Notes: a model not told the origin generated them from the letters alone. Positions 51,873 to 62,473 are shown, counted from the whole stretch's first letter. The stretch: DNA of 62,502 nt, filler included, from 3 parts of 3 records of this genome joined end to end with filler, not necessarily neighbours in it; one strand, 5' to 3'. Numbers and translations are program-made.

Positions 51873-52993
51873 TGACGGCACCGCTTGCTGGTCTGAAAGT
51901 TGTTGAACTGGCACGTGTTCTGGCCGGCCCTTGGGCCGGTCAGACGCTGTCGGACCTGGGTGCAGAAGTGATCAAGGTCGAAGCCGCCGCAGGCGACGAC
52001 ACGCGGCAATGGGGCCCACCCTTTGTGACGCGCGACGACGATGTGTCGGCCTCGTATTTTCACTCGGCCAACCGGGGCAAGGCGTCGATCATTGTCGATC
52101 TGCGCAGCGCCGAAGGGCAGGCGCGCCTCAAGGGGCTGCTGGCCGATGCCGACATCATGATCGAGAACTTCAAGGTGGGTGGACTGGCCAAATACGGGCT
52201 GGACTATGCATCGCTCAAGGATGAATTCCCCAAGCTGATCTATTGCTCGGTCACCGGCTTTGGCCAGACGGGGCCCTACGCGCACCGCGCAGGCTATGAT
52301 TTCATTATTCAGGGCATGTCGGGTCTGATGTCGATCACCGGCGAGCCGGACGGCCAGCCGCAGAAATCCGGCGTGGCGATCACCGATATTTTCACCGGCG
52401 TCTATGCGACCACCGCGATTCTGGCCGCCGTCCACCAGCGCAGCCAGACCGGCAAGGGACAGCAGATTGACATGGCCCTGCTGGATGTGGCCGTGGCGAT
52501 CACTGCCAATCAGGCGATGAACTACCTGACCAGCGGCACCCCACCGGGACGTATGGGCAACGCACACGTGAACCTGACGCCCTATCAGGTGTTCGATTGT
52601 GCCGACGGGCATATCATTATCGCCACAGGCAACGACGGCCAGTACCAGCGCCTGTGCCGCCTGCTGGGTCTGGACGATATGGCGACGGCACCCGAATTTT
52701 TGAAAAATTCGGACCGGATCGCGAATCGTGACGAGATGACCCGCAAGCTGACCGCCGCGACCGTATTGCGCGCGCGGGATGATCTGCTGGCGGCCTGCGA
52801 GGCCGAAGGCGTGCCGGCAGGGCCGATCAACGACATGGCCGACGTGATGGCCGACCCGCAGATCGTCGCACGCGGGATGCAGATCGAGCTGGACGGCGTT
52901 CCCGGTGTGCGCACGCCGATCGTGTTTTCGGATGCGGAGCTGTCGCTGCACCGGCCTGCGCCGAAGCTGGGCGAAGACGACAAACGGTTGTAA
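51872..52993 (+). CDS. CaiB/BaiF family III CoA transferase
   Basis: LAGP, DLGAEVIKVE, GDDTR, NRGK, ENFKVG, GYD. Confidence 0.95.
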   Translation: MTAPLAGLKVVELARVLAGPWAGQTLSDLGAEVIKVEAAAGDDTRQWGPPFVTRDDDVSASYFHSANRGKASIIVDLRSAEGQARLKGLLADADIMIENFKVGGLAKYGLDYASLKDEFPKLIYCSVTGFGQTGPYAHRAGYDFIIQGMSGLMSITGEPDGQPQKSGVAITDIFTGVYATTAILAAVHQRSQTGKGQQIDMALLDVAVAITANQAMNYLTSGTPPGRMGNAHVNLTPYQVFDCADGHIIIATGNDGQYQRLCRLLGLDDMATAPEFLKNSDRIANRDEMTRKLTAATVLRARDDLLAACEAEGVPAGPINDMADVMADPQIVARGMQIELDGVPGVRTPIVFSDAELSLHRPAPKLGEDDKRL

Positions 52994-53000
52994 GTGCGTC

Positions 53001-53059
53001 GGGGGCTCTGCCTCCGGCGCAACCGCGCCGCCCTCCGGGATTTTCTGAACCAGAGATGA
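53001..53059. repeat. Roseobacter-type short intergenic repeat
   Basis: GGGGGCTCTGCCTCC...CTCCGGGATTTTCTGAACCAGAGATGA between convergent genes; resembles the reverse complement of 62474-62502. Confidence 0.5.
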
Positions 53060-53062
53060 CGG

Positions 53063-54046
53063 CTAGGGCTGCGGCAGCGCCTTCAGAAGGGTGTCCAGCG
53101 CCGAGGCATCTTCGAAGTGCAGGCGCACGGGCAGGGTGATGACCCGCGACCGGAAGGCCGCAGGCAGGCGCGCCGCGTCTTTCTCCGTTGTGACCAGCTG
53201 CGCGCCACGGGCGCGGGCATCGGCGTCCAGCCGTGACAAGAGGGCAGTCGACAGGGTCTGGTGATCGCCCAGCGGTTCGGCGTGGACGATGGTGGCCCCC
53301 AGATCCCGAAGGGTGTCAAAGAACTTCTGCGGACGGCCAATGCCCGCAAAGGCAAAGACCGGCGTGTCGGTCCAGTCCATACCGGTTTGCAGCGGCTTCA
53401 GCTCCGCGCGCACATGGGGCAGGGCGGTGTCCGGCTGAAAGGTGGCCTGATCGCCGGCGTTGCCGATGCTCAGCAGGATGTCGGCACGGGCCAGCCCGGC
53501 GGCCACAGGTTCACGCAGGGGACCCGCAGGCAAACAACGCGCATTGCCAAATCCGGTGGCCGCGTCCACCACGACGATGCTGAGATCCTTGGCCAGATCG
53601 GGATTTTGCAGCCCGTCATCCATGATCACCACGGTTGCTCCGGCCTCTTGCGCTGCACGGCCCCCGGCGGCGCGGTCGCGGGCCACCCAGACCTCGGCAA
53701 AGGCGGCCAGCAGCAGCGGCTCGTCGCCCACCTGTTTCGCGGTGTGGCGGGCAGGGTCCACGCGCACGGGGCCGGTCAGCGACCCGCCATAGCCGCGCGT
53801 CACGATGTGGGGCGTGTGGTACAGGTCGCGCAGCTTTTCGGCCACGGCGATCACCGTGGGTGTCTTGCCGGTGCCGCCTGCATTGATGTTGCCGACGCAG
53901 ACCACCGGTATGTCCAGCCGCAGCGGCGTGCCCTTGGCCAGCCTGCGGGCGGTGGCGCTTGCATAGAGATGGCCCAGGGGTGCCAGCAGGCGGGCCTGCC
54001 ATGTAGGGCGTTCGGGCGGTGTGTTCCAGAAATCGGGCGCGCGCAT
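53063..54046 (-). CDS. lpxK: Tetraacyldisaccharide 4'-kinase
   Basis: [43 protein letters not shown]. Confidence 0.96.
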   Translation of the reverse strand: MRAPDFWNTPPERPTWQARLLAPLGHLYASATARRLAKGTPLRLDIPVVCVGNINAGGTGKTPTVIAVAEKLRDLYHTPHIVTRGYGGSLTGPVRVDPARHTAKQVGDEPLLLAAFAEVWVARDRAAGGRAAQEAGATVVIMDDGLQNPDLAKDLSIVVVDAATGFGNARCLPAGPLREPVAAGLARADILLSIGNAGDQATFQPDTALPHVRAELKPLQTGMDWTDTPVFAFAGIGRPQKFFDTLRDLGATIVHAEPLGDHQTLSTALLSRLDADARARGAQLVTTEKDAARLPAAFRSRVITLPVRLHFEDASALDTLLKALPQP

Positions 54047-55263
54047 CAGCTTAATCCATCCTGTCGGGCATCAAGGCTGTCATTTAACAGGGTGATGATC
54101 CGCTCGACCGTGTCGGCCCCTTCGGTCACGACGTCCCAGCCCGCCATCGCCATCTTGGCGGCCTGATCCGGTGCGATCAGCCATGTCACCGCAGCGCCCA
54201 GGCTTTCGGCATCATTTACGATCCGGGCCGCGCCTGCATTGGCCAGCCTGCGATAGGCGTCCAGATGCTTGCCGACGCTGGGACCATACAGGACCGCCGA
54301 CCCCAGTGCCGCCGCCGCGAACGGATCCTGCCCGCCCTGGCCCGTTTCCAGCGAGCCGCCAAGGAAGGACACCGGTGCCACGCGGAACCACAGCCCGGTT
54401 TCATCGGGCAGATCAGCCAGCAGCACGGCAGTGTTGTCGTCGGGATAGGTGCCTTCGGACCAGCGCACCATGCGCAGGGCGTCCAGCACACATAAGTTGG
54501 CGGCAAACGCATCGGCGGCGGCGTCGCGCGGGTTCAGGATCAGCAGCAGCCGGTGCGACAGGCGCTGGGCGCGGCGGTGGGCCGTCAGCACGGCAGAGAC
54601 TTCGGCGGCCGTCACTCCCGAGGCGAACCAGACCGGGCGACCGGAAAGGGCTTGGGACAGGTCGTCTACATCCTGCGGCGACGCAGGCAGCGCCTGACCG
54701 CCCGGCACCAGCGGCGCGGTGCGGTCGATCTTGGCCTCGGGCACGCCCAGCTGCCGGACCCGCGCCTCGGCGGCATCGCTGCGGGCCAGCACGTTGTCGA
54801 AAAGCGCCAGCAACTGGCGCGGCACCTCGGTCAGCCAGCGGTCGCGGCGGGTGTCAAAGCCGTCGGCGCCCGCATCAATCAGAAACATCGGATGGCCCAG
54901 GGCTGCGGCGGCCTCAACCAGATTGGGTTGCAGCGCCCCCCAGGTCCAGATCACCGCATCGGGTTTCCAGTGGGCGACAAAGGCCGCCGTGGCCGCGGGA
55001 TGTTCGGGCGGAAGGGCGGCGGTCAGCAGGCAGGGATCGTCGCAGGCCGCAGGCTCGGTCGGGGCGGTCAGCAACACGTGCAGACCAAAGCGTGCGGCAA
55101 TCAGGCGGCGCGCCAGATCGCGCACCCGCACCTCGCTGCCCGGCTCGGCGGCGTGCAGCCACACCAGCTCGCCCTTGGGACGGGGCGCATAGTCGGGCAG
55201 CTTTGGCACCGGCCCGCGACGGGTCAGCGCCCTGTAGGCTGCAAATCCCAGCGAGCGGGCCAT
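54046..55263 (-). CDS. Kdo transferase (WaaA/KdtA)-like glycosyltransferase
   Basis: [22 protein letters not shown]...GGQDP, YGP; coupled to lpxK; several motifs are diverged. Confidence 0.78.
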   Translation of the reverse strand: MARSLGFAAYRALTRRGPVPKLPDYAPRPKGELVWLHAAEPGSEVRVRDLARRLIAARFGLHVLLTAPTEPAACDDPCLLTAALPPEHPAATAAFVAHWKPDAVIWTWGALQPNLVEAAAALGHPMFLIDAGADGFDTRRDRWLTEVPRQLLALFDNVLARSDAAEARVRQLGVPEAKIDRTAPLVPGGQALPASPQDVDDLSQALSGRPVWFASGVTAAEVSAVLTAHRRAQRLSHRLLLILNPRDAAADAFAANLCVLDALRMVRWSEGTYPDDNTAVLLADLPDETGLWFRVAPVSFLGGSLETGQGGQDPFAAAALGSAVLYGPSVGKHLDAYRRLANAGAARIVNDAESLGAAVTWLIAPDQAAKMAMAGWDVVTEGADTVERIITLLNDSLDARQDGLS

Positions 55264-55272
55264 GGGTGCGGA

Positions 55273-55515
55273 TCAGCCCAGTTCTTCGGTGGGCGTGGCT
55301 GCGTTTTCTTCGTCACGCAGGCGGTGCAGGTGGGCGATGTAATAGCGCATGTGCGCGTTGTCGACGGTGCGTTGGGCTTCGTTCTTCCAGGCGTCATAGG
55401 CGCTGGCATAATTGGGAAAGATGCCCACGATATGCAGGTCGTCGACGTTTTTGAACACGTTCTCGGAAGGTGTCACAAGCTCGCCTCCGAAAACGAGGTG
55501 CAGGCGTTGGGTCAT
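55273..55515 (-). CDS. DUF4170-like protein
   Basis: MTQRLHLVFGGEL...IVGIFPNY...WK..AQRTVDNAHMRYYI. Confidence 0.85.
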   Translation of the reverse strand: MTQRLHLVFGGELVTPSENVFKNVDDLHIVGIFPNYASAYDAWKNEAQRTVDNAHMRYYIAHLHRLRDEENAATPTEELG

Positions 55516-55582
55516 GGGATGGGTCCTTTGTTCGGGCGGCATGTCTGGCCGGGTGCAGTGTGCGCAAGGCCGCGTGTCGGGG

Positions 55583-56371
55583 TCAAGGTGATGGTGGTTT
55601 AAGGCCTGCAAACAGGCCTGCGTGCACCGCAGGCGTCGCGGCGATCACACCGTCCAGTGTGGGGTGCGGATTGTTGAACCGCAAGGGCAGGCCCGCGCGG
55701 TCGGTGATGGTGCCGCCCGCCTCGCTGACGATCAGCGCCCCGGCGGCGATGTCCCACTCCCAACTGTCGCGCAGGGTCAGCATACCGTCAAAGCGGCCCT
55801 CGCCCACCAGCGCCAGCCGGTAAGCCAGCGACGGGCGGTGCCCGCGTTTCAGCGCCGGGGGCGTGCCGCCACGCCAGTGGTGCGGTTGCAGCGCGGGCTT
55901 GGTCACCAGAACGGAACAGTCCTGCATCCGCTCGGTGTCCGAGACGGTCAACGGCGCGCCGTTCAGCGCGGCCCCCTGTCCCAGACCCGCCGTATAAAGC
56001 TTGTCCAGCATCGGCAGGTAGACGGCGGCGGCGGTGATCTGGCCGCCCTCGGCCACGGCGATGCTGTGCGCCCATGTCTTGCTGCCCTCGACAAAGCTTC
56101 GGGTGCCGTCGATCGGATCGATGATGAACACCGTGTCCCGTCCCAGCCGGGTTGCGGTGTCCTCGCTTTCCTCGGACAGCCAGCCATAGCCGGGACGTGC
56201 AGTGCGCAGCATGTCGGTCAGCATGTCGTTGACGGCCAGATCAGCCTCGGTCACCGGACCTGCACCGCCGGGTTTGTCCCAGCGTTGCGCGTCGGGGCCG
56301 GTAAAGCTGGTGGCGATCCGCCCCGCCGCACGCGCCGCGTCAATCAGCAGGGGAAGATCAGCTGCCGGCAA
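55583..56371 (-). CDS. Inositol monophosphatase / CysQ-family phosphatase
   Basis: PVTEAD, LSEE, DPIDGT, WDIAAG. Confidence 0.93.
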   Translation of the reverse strand: MPAADLPLLIDAARAAGRIATSFTGPDAQRWDKPGGAGPVTEADLAVNDMLTDMLRTARPGYGWLSEESEDTATRLGRDTVFIIDPIDGTRSFVEGSKTWAHSIAVAEGGQITAAAVYLPMLDKLYTAGLGQGAALNGAPLTVSDTERMQDCSVLVTKPALQPHHWRGGTPPALKRGHRPSLAYRLALVGEGRFDGMLTLRDSWEWDIAAGALIVSEAGGTITDRAGLPLRFNNPHPTLDGVIAATPAVHAGLFAGLKPPSP

Positions 56372-57704
56372 GGGTCATTCCCGGAACCAGAAGCGACGGC
56401 ACAACGCGGCTCAGGTGCGTGCGTGCATCGTTGGCGGGCACGATGGCGCGCAGCATGTCGCGCAGGTTGCCCGCGATGGTGCATTCGTTGACGGCATGGG
56501 TGATCTCGCCATTTTCAACCCACAGACCCGCCGCGCCGCGCGAATAGTCGCCGGTGTTGGGGTTGATGGTCGAGCCGATCATCGAGGTGACCAACAGCCC
56601 GGTGCCCATGTCGCGGATCAGGTCGTCGCGGCTGGCGGTGCCTTGGGTCAGCTCCACGTTCCAGATGCTGGGCGACGGGCCCGACGAGGTGCCGCGCGCC
56701 GCGTTGCCGGTGGAGGGCATTCCCAGCTTGCGGCCCGTTGCCAGATCCAGCGTCCAGCCGGTCAGCACGCCACCGTCCACGATGGCGCGGCGGGTGGTTG
56801 GCAGACCTTCGGCATCAAAGGGGCGCGAGGCCGAGCAGCGGGGGCGGTGGGGGTCTTCGATCAGTGACAGGTCGTCTGGCAGGATTTTCTCGCCCAATGC
56901 GCCCAGCAACCACGACGACCCGCGCGCGATGGCAGCACCGTTGACGGCCGACAACAGGTGGCCGATCAGGGTCGAAGAGACACGTTCGTCAAACAGCACC
57001 GGATAGGTGCCGGTGCGCGGCTTGCGCGGGTTCAGGCGGGCAATGGCCCGTTCGGCAGCTTCGCGGCCAATCTCTTCGGGGCTGCGCAGGTCGGCCTGAT
57101 AGATGCGCCCGTCGCCGGAATAGTCGCGCTCCATCCCGGCACCTGTGCCCGCGATGGCCACGCAACTGATTCCGCGATCGGTGCGCGCATAGCCACCGGC
57201 AAAACCGTTGCTGGCCGCGATATGCACCTGCCGCGCGCCGTAGGCTGCAGAGGTCTGCGACACCTGGCTGATACCGTCCTGTTCCAGGGCTGCGGCCTCG
57301 GCGCGGCGGGCGTTGTCTTCCAGCGTGGCGGCGTCGGGTTCAGGCGTGGGATCGGCCAGTTCCAGTACATCAACGTCCCAGTCTTGTACCAATTGTTCGG
57401 GATCGGCGAGGCCCGCATAGGCATCTTCGGGCGCTTCGCGTGCCATCGCCACCGCGCGCACGGCCATTTCGGAAATCGTCCGCTCCGAGATGTCCGAGGC
57501 CGACACATTCGCCACGCGCCTGCCGACAAAGACCCGCAGACCGATGTCCACGCCCTCGGACCGTTCCGCATGTTCCAGCGCGCCGGCGCGCACGTCGACC
57601 GACACCGAAGTGCCCTGAACCGCCATCGCGTCGGCGGCGTCTGCACCTGCATCGGCGGCGGCTTTGAGCAATTGGTCGGTCAACGCATCAAGGGAACGGG
57701 TCAT
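56358..57704 (-). CDS. TldD/PmbA-family protein (PmbA-like)
   Basis: Start MTRSLDA; GLRVFVG, PFDAEG, STGNA, NPNTGDYSRG, IAGNL. Confidence 0.92.
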   Translation of the reverse strand: MTRSLDALTDQLLKAAADAGADAADAMAVQGTSVSVDVRAGALEHAERSEGVDIGLRVFVGRRVANVSASDISERTISEMAVRAVAMAREAPEDAYAGLADPEQLVQDWDVDVLELADPTPEPDAATLEDNARRAEAAALEQDGISQVSQTSAAYGARQVHIAASNGFAGGYARTDRGISCVAIAGTGAGMERDYSGDGRIYQADLRSPEEIGREAAERAIARLNPRKPRTGTYPVLFDERVSSTLIGHLLSAVNGAAIARGSSWLLGALGEKILPDDLSLIEDPHRPRCSASRPFDAEGLPTTRRAIVDGGVLTGWTLDLATGRKLGMPSTGNAARGTSSGPSPSIWNVELTQGTASRDDLIRDMGTGLLVTSMIGSTINPNTGDYSRGAAGLWVENGEITHAVNECTIAGNLRDMLRAIVPANDARTHLSRVVPSLLVPGMTLAGS

Positions 57705-57981
57705 GAAAATCTCCGGCTGAATTGGGCATGAGGTAGCCCCCGCGCCCGCTGCGCACAAGGGGGCGGGCCTGTGGCGTCCGAAAAAGACGCGGCAAATGCG
57801 CGTGATGTCTGCGGATCGGGCAGTGGCGGGAGAGGGGCGGATATCCGCTGTAAGCAGGAGCTTAAAGCAGCCGAATAAGCGGGGGCGCAATGGTGCGGAT
57901 GCCCCGATGCGCTCAGATCAAGGCAAGACGACAGCATCCGTTGCCGTTCTTATCAAGCTTCAAACCGAAAACGAGGATACC

Positions 57982-58236
57982 ATGCGTAAAATTGCTCTGA
58001 TCACCCTTATGGCCTTTGCCGCCCCTGCTTTTGCCGCCGACCTGACCGCAGATACCATGCTGGGCAAAACGATGGACGAAGTGAAAACAACGCTGACTGA
58101 CATGGGTTACGAAGTGCGCAAAGCCGAGATGGAAGACGGCAACATCGAGGTCTATTTCGTCAAGGACGGCAAAATGGGCGAAGTCTATGTGGCCCCCGAA
58201 ACCGGTGCGATCACCAAGCTTGACTGGAAGAACTGA
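57982..58236 (+). CDS. PepSY-domain small secreted protein
   Basis: Signal peptide ending AFA; GYEVRKAEMEDGNIEVY...EVYV.PETGAI. Confidence 0.82.
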   Translation: MRKIALITLMAFAAPAFAADLTADTMLGKTMDEVKTTLTDMGYEVRKAEMEDGNIEVYFVKDGKMGEVYVAPETGAITKLDWKN

Positions 58237-58238
58237 CC

Positions 58239-58814
58239 GTGTCGGTTGGTACGCAACTGGAAAGCGGGCGCGAAGGCGCCCGTGACGTGGCGGTCTGGGA
58301 CCCGTTGGTCCGGCTGATCCACTGGTCGCTGGCGCTGATGATCCTGCTGAACGGTGCCTTTACCGATGACGAAGGCATGGTTCATCAATGGGTGGGCTAT
58401 GTGGCGCTGGGGCTGGTGGGCATTCGCGTCGTCTGGGCCGTGGTCGGCCCTCGTCATGCGCGATTCGCGGCCTTTCCGCCCAATCCGATGCGGGCGCTGC
58501 GCTATCTCAAGGCGGTGCGGGCGGGGGATCGTACCGTGCATCTGTCCCATAACCCGCTGGGCGCGCTGATGGTGTACAACCTGTGGCTGACGGTCATCGC
58601 CATGGGTGTGACCGGCTACATGATGACGACCCTGCGGTTCTTCGGAATTGATTGGGTGAAAGAGGCGCATGAACTGGCGTTCAACTGGCTTATGCTTTCG
58701 GTGGCGTTGCACGTGGCCGGTGTGGCGTTCGACACATGGCGATCCGGTGTCAATCTGCTGGGCGCCATGCTATTGGGACGCAAACGTATTCCCAAGGGAA
58801 CCTCGGTGGAATGA
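58239..58814 (+). CDS. Cytochrome b (Ni-hydrogenase cytochrome b / b561-like)
   Basis: VWDPLVRLIHW, HQWVGY, HNPLG, HE...LHVAG heme-ligand histidines. Confidence 0.9.
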   Translation: MSVGTQLESGREGARDVAVWDPLVRLIHWSLALMILLNGAFTDDEGMVHQWVGYVALGLVGIRVVWAVVGPRHARFAAFPPNPMRALRYLKAVRAGDRTVHLSHNPLGALMVYNLWLTVIAMGVTGYMMTTLRFFGIDWVKEAHELAFNWLMLSVALHVAGVAFDTWRSGVNLLGAMLLGRKRIPKGTSVE

Positions 58815-59359
58815 AGCGACCCGCGCGGCCCGCAAAGGCAAAGGAACGACGCGCCACAGTGCTTGCGGGGATCATCATCCTTCAGGCGCTGTGCGCGGCG
58901 TTTTTCATCGGTGACGTGCTGACCGACATGCGCGAGGGCGCGCATCTGAACCACGCTTTGCTGGCGGCGGAAAGTGTTGCCGCGATTGCCCTGTCGGGCG
59001 GGGTGATTTTCCTGATGATCGAATTGCGTCGCCTGCTGAACCGCATGAACGATATGGACGCGGGTCTGAGGGTGGCACAGGGGCAGTTGGCCGAGGTCAT
59101 GGACGGTTTGTTCGACGACTGGAACCTGACAGCGGCTGAACGCGACATTGCCGTGATGATCTGCAAGGGACTGGACAATGACGAGATCGCGCGTGTCCGG
59201 CAGACGGCGGCAGGCACTGTGCGCGCGCAGGTCACCAGCGTTTATGCCAAGTCGGGCGCGCATGGGCGCAGCCAGTTCGTCAGCCTGTTTCTGGAAGAAC
59301 TGATGGCCGGTGATTTCGGCGGAACGGGGCCACAGGACGCGCCGACACAGCTACCCTGA
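58811..59359 (+). CDS. Membrane-anchored LuxR-type HTH regulator
   Basis: Two N-terminal TM helices, coiled coil, WNLTAAERDIA...GLDNDEIA...TVRAQ...VYAKSG; ATG overlaps the cytochrome b stop. Confidence 0.85.
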   Translation: MKRPARPAKAKERRATVLAGIIILQALCAAFFIGDVLTDMREGAHLNHALLAAESVAAIALSGGVIFLMIELRRLLNRMNDMDAGLRVAQGQLAEVMDGLFDDWNLTAAERDIAVMICKGLDNDEIARVRQTAAGTVRAQVTSVYAKSGAHGRSQFVSLFLEELMAGDFGGTGPQDAPTQLP

Positions 59360-59365
59360 GACAGC

Positions 59366-59400
59366 AAAAAGGGGCAGCACCTGCGCGCCGCCCCCTCTTT
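59366..59400. terminator. Probable bidirectional intrinsic terminator
   Basis: AAAAA-GGGGCAGC...GCCGCCCCC-TCTTT between convergent genes. Confidence 0.6.
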
Positions 59401-59419
59401 GAAAACGTGGTGAGGTCGG

Positions 59420-60952
59420 TTACTTCAACCGCTGGCCGTTCGCCAGAACATGGCCCTCTTCGTTGATCTCAAGCTTGGACTTCAGCGAATCCGGCCCGTC
59501 TCCCGGTACGGTAAAAAGCCCCATCATCATCCGCGCGCCCATGGCCTGTTCTTCGGGCAGCAGGCCCATCGCCACCAGCTTGTCGATCAGCCCGTTGCCA
59601 CCGACCAGCGTCAGATCAAGGCTGCCCGTCGGTTTGGGCATGCCGTCAAAGGTGGTCATGTCGGTGTTGTCAAAGGTAAAGGCCCCCGAACCGTTCAGCT
59701 TGGCCCCTGCGGCCTCGACGGTCACATCCTTGACATCCAGCGCGTTCAACTCACCCGGTGCCTCTTCCGATGCTTCCATCGCGGCGGCCTCTTCCGGGTC
59801 CATATAATTGACCAACAGAGTTGCCTTGCCCGCCAGATCGACGGCGACAGTGGCCGGATCGCGCGGCAGCTGTGCCTGCGGATCGAACATGCCCCACAGC
59901 ACGTCGGACATTGTGAACCCTTCCAGCGCCAGCTTCAGGCCGAAATCCTGCTCTTCGTCGGATTTCTGCACGGGGAGCATCAGGCCGAACACCATGTTTT
60001 CCATGTTCAGATCAATCGGGATCGGCATCTGGGACATCAGCGCCTTGATCGCCAGACCCGATTGCGAACCGGAATAGGACAGTCCGTCCTCGGACATGCC
60101 CACGGTCAGCGCGCCGCCGGTCGACGAGGTGTTCACCGTGCCGCCGCCGTCGGGCCCGTCAAACTTGATGTCTGTCTTGCCGTTGCCATAGGTGAACTCG
60201 CCCTCAAATCCGAACCCGGCGTCGATCATCGCATTCACGTCCGAGGGATCGTCGACGGTGGGGATGTTGCCGCCACCTGTGAACGACATGCTGTCCAAGC
60301 CGCCGGTGAGGGTGGCCGATCCGTCATCTTCGGGGCTGGCAAAGGCCATGTCATAGGTCACGGGACCGGTTGTCATCGTCTGGCTGACATTGCGCAGATT
60401 GTCTTGAAGAATCCGCGACACGCCGCTGACATCGGCCAGCGATACATCGACGCGGGCGACGTCGGAACCGATGGGTTTGCCGTCAACGGTCAGCTTCGCC
60501 AGTTTCATTCCGACGCTGTCGGCGGAGTAGGTATAGGTCAGGTCATCGGGGTCGCCGGTGACGACCATGTCAAAACCGTTCTGGAGATAGTCGATGGCCA
60601 GATCAAACGGCTTCCCGTCCGCAGGAGTGCCGTCGACCGTGATCGCGCTGGTTTCGGGGACCTGGATTGACACGCTGCCATCGCCCACTTCGGTAAAGGT
60701 CACGCTGTCCATGGTCATCGCGGCTTTGACCGTGTCCACGTCGGTGGACAGGTCGATTTCCATGCGCACGTCGGACACGGTCAGCGTGTCGCCCGACTGG
60801 GCTTCGGTGCCGGTCACCTCGTAGCCCATATCGCTCATGTAATCGCGCCAGTTGTTCCAGACGTCTGCGGCGGTCACATCGGCATATGCGGCAGAAGTCC
60901 CAAGGCAAATGGCAAGGGCAGTACTGCTGGAATAGCGGGCAAAACGGGTCAT
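59420..60952 (-). CDS. DUF2125-like exported protein
   Basis: Signal peptide ending AYA; DVTAADVW..W, LPRDPA, LIDKLVAMGLLP..Q, ANGQRLK. Confidence 0.75.
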   Translation of the reverse strand: MTRFARYSSSTALAICLGTSAAYADVTAADVWNNWRDYMSDMGYEVTGTEAQSGDTLTVSDVRMEIDLSTDVDTVKAAMTMDSVTFTEVGDGSVSIQVPETSAITVDGTPADGKPFDLAIDYLQNGFDMVVTGDPDDLTYTYSADSVGMKLAKLTVDGKPIGSDVARVDVSLADVSGVSRILQDNLRNVSQTMTTGPVTYDMAFASPEDDGSATLTGGLDSMSFTGGGNIPTVDDPSDVNAMIDAGFGFEGEFTYGNGKTDIKFDGPDGGGTVNTSSTGGALTVGMSEDGLSYSGSQSGLAIKALMSQMPIPIDLNMENMVFGLMLPVQKSDEEQDFGLKLALEGFTMSDVLWGMFDPQAQLPRDPATVAVDLAGKATLLVNYMDPEEAAAMEASEEAPGELNALDVKDVTVEAAGAKLNGSGAFTFDNTDMTTFDGMPKPTGSLDLTLVGGNGLIDKLVAMGLLPEEQAMGARMMMGLFTVPGDGPDSLKSKLEINEEGHVLANGQRLK

Positions 60953-61111
60953 GAAATGAATCCTTCAAGGGGTCGGTTGAACGCGAGGTTGCACTATCGT
61001 GTTGCAGGCCCGTGTGCGCGTCAAGGGGGAGCAGGGTCGGGATTCTCCCCACTGGACGCGGGCCTTGTTGCGCACTACGCCTTGGGCGCAAACAAATAAA
61101 GGACCCGGCAA

Positions 61112-61861
61112 ATGGACATGACAGGACAAGTGGTGATGATCACCGGCGCGAGCCGTGGCATCGGTGCCGAAACCGCGCGGATTTTCGCCGGCGCGGGGGC
61201 CAAGGTGGCGCTGCTGGCGCGCAGCGAGAACGATATTGCCGAGCTGGCAGGCGAGATTGGTCCGGCGGCGATTGCGATTCCCTGCGATGTCAGCCGCTAT
61301 TGGGAGGTCGAGGCGGCGGTGAATGCAACGGTCAAAACCTTTGGCGGGCTGAACGTGCTGATCAACAATGCCGGCGTGATCGAACCCATCTCGCATCTGA
61401 TCGCGGCCGATCCTGCCGAATGGGCCAAGGTGATCGACATCAACCTGGGCGGCGTGTTCAACGGGATGCGCGCGGCGGTTCCGGTGATGATCAAGGGCGG
61501 CGGCGGTTCGGTGCTGACCATCAGTTCGGGCGCGGCCCATGGGCCGGTCGAGGCCTGGAGCCATTACTGCGCATCCAAGGCTGCCGTTCACATGCTGACT
61601 GCCTGCCTGGACAAGGAAAACGCCGCCGACGGCATCCGCGCCATGGGCCTGTCGCCGGGCACCGTTGCCACCCAGATGCAGCGCGAGATCAAGCAAAGCG
61701 GCGTGAATCCGATCAGCAAGCTGGACTGGTCCGACCACATCCCCGCCGACTGGCCTGCCAAGGCGCTGCTGTGGATGTGTTCCAAGGATGCCGATGGCTA
61801 TTGCGGTCAGGAAATCTCGCTGCGCGATGAAGAGATCCGCGCCAAGGTCGGCCTGTCGTGA
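61112..61861 (+). CDS. Short-chain dehydrogenase/reductase
   Basis: TGASRGIG, NNAG, YCASK. Confidence 0.95.
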   Translation: MDMTGQVVMITGASRGIGAETARIFAGAGAKVALLARSENDIAELAGEIGPAAIAIPCDVSRYWEVEAAVNATVKTFGGLNVLINNAGVIEPISHLIAADPAEWAKVIDINLGGVFNGMRAAVPVMIKGGGGSVLTISSGAAHGPVEAWSHYCASKAAVHMLTACLDKENAADGIRAMGLSPGTVATQMQREIKQSGVNPISKLDWSDHIPADWPAKALLWMCSKDADGYCGQEISLRDEEIRAKVGLS

Positions 61862-62472
61862 TCGAACTGGCCAAGGATGGCGGCGTCTGGACGGTTACGA
61901 TCAACCGTCCGGACAAAGCCAATTCGCTGACGCCGGACATGCTGGCCGAACTGGCGGACATCGCCGAAAGCGCCACTGAGGCCCGCGCCTTGATCCTGAC
62001 GGGGCGGGGCAAGGTGTTCAGCGCCGGTGCTGACCTCGATGCTGCGCGCGCGGGCATGGCCACCTCGCCCGATTGGGAACGGCTGTCGTCGGCCATTGCG
62101 CGGCTGCCGGGGCTGACCATCACTGCGCTGAACGGGACGCTGGCGGGTGGCGCCACGGGCATGGCGCTGGCCTGCGATCTGCGCATTGCCGTTGCGGGGG
62201 CCAGGTTCTTCTATCCGGTGATGAAGCTGGGGTTTTTGCCGCAGCCGTCTGATCCGGCCCGCATGGCGGCACTGATTGGCCCCGCGCGGACCAAGCTGAT
62301 CCTGATGGGCGGCCAGAAAATCGACGCCGACACTGCCCTTGCCTTCGGCCTGATCGACCGCATCGTAAGCGATGACCTCCTTGTGCAAACCGCAATGGAC
62401 ATCGCTGCCGACACGCTTGCCGCAGATCCTGCCATCGCCCGCCAGATCAAGATGATGTGCAGCCCCGGCTGA
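61858..62472 (+). CDS. Enoyl-CoA hydratase/isomerase family protein
   Basis: INRPDKANSL, FSAGADL, ALNG..AGG, ACDLRI. Confidence 0.92.
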   Translation: MIELAKDGGVWTVTINRPDKANSLTPDMLAELADIAESATEARALILTGRGKVFSAGADLDAARAGMATSPDWERLSSAIARLPGLTITALNGTLAGGATGMALACDLRIAVAGARFFYPVMKLGFLPQPSDPARMAALIGPARTKLILMGGQKIDADTALAFGLIDRIVSDDLLVQTAMDIAADTLAADPAIARQIKMMCSPG

Positions 62473-62473
62473 A

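Noticed and set aside
56358-57704. PmbA/TldD as the maturation protease for the YcaO peptide
   Set aside because: It lies on a different contig from a different organism, beyond two artificial spacers.
49538-60670. Many long antisense or alternative-frame ORFs in segment 3 (e.g. 49538..50956, 50601..51914, 51827..52951, 59450..60670)
   Set aside because: They are shadow ORFs of well-supported genes in high-GC DNA, with no recognisable motifs.
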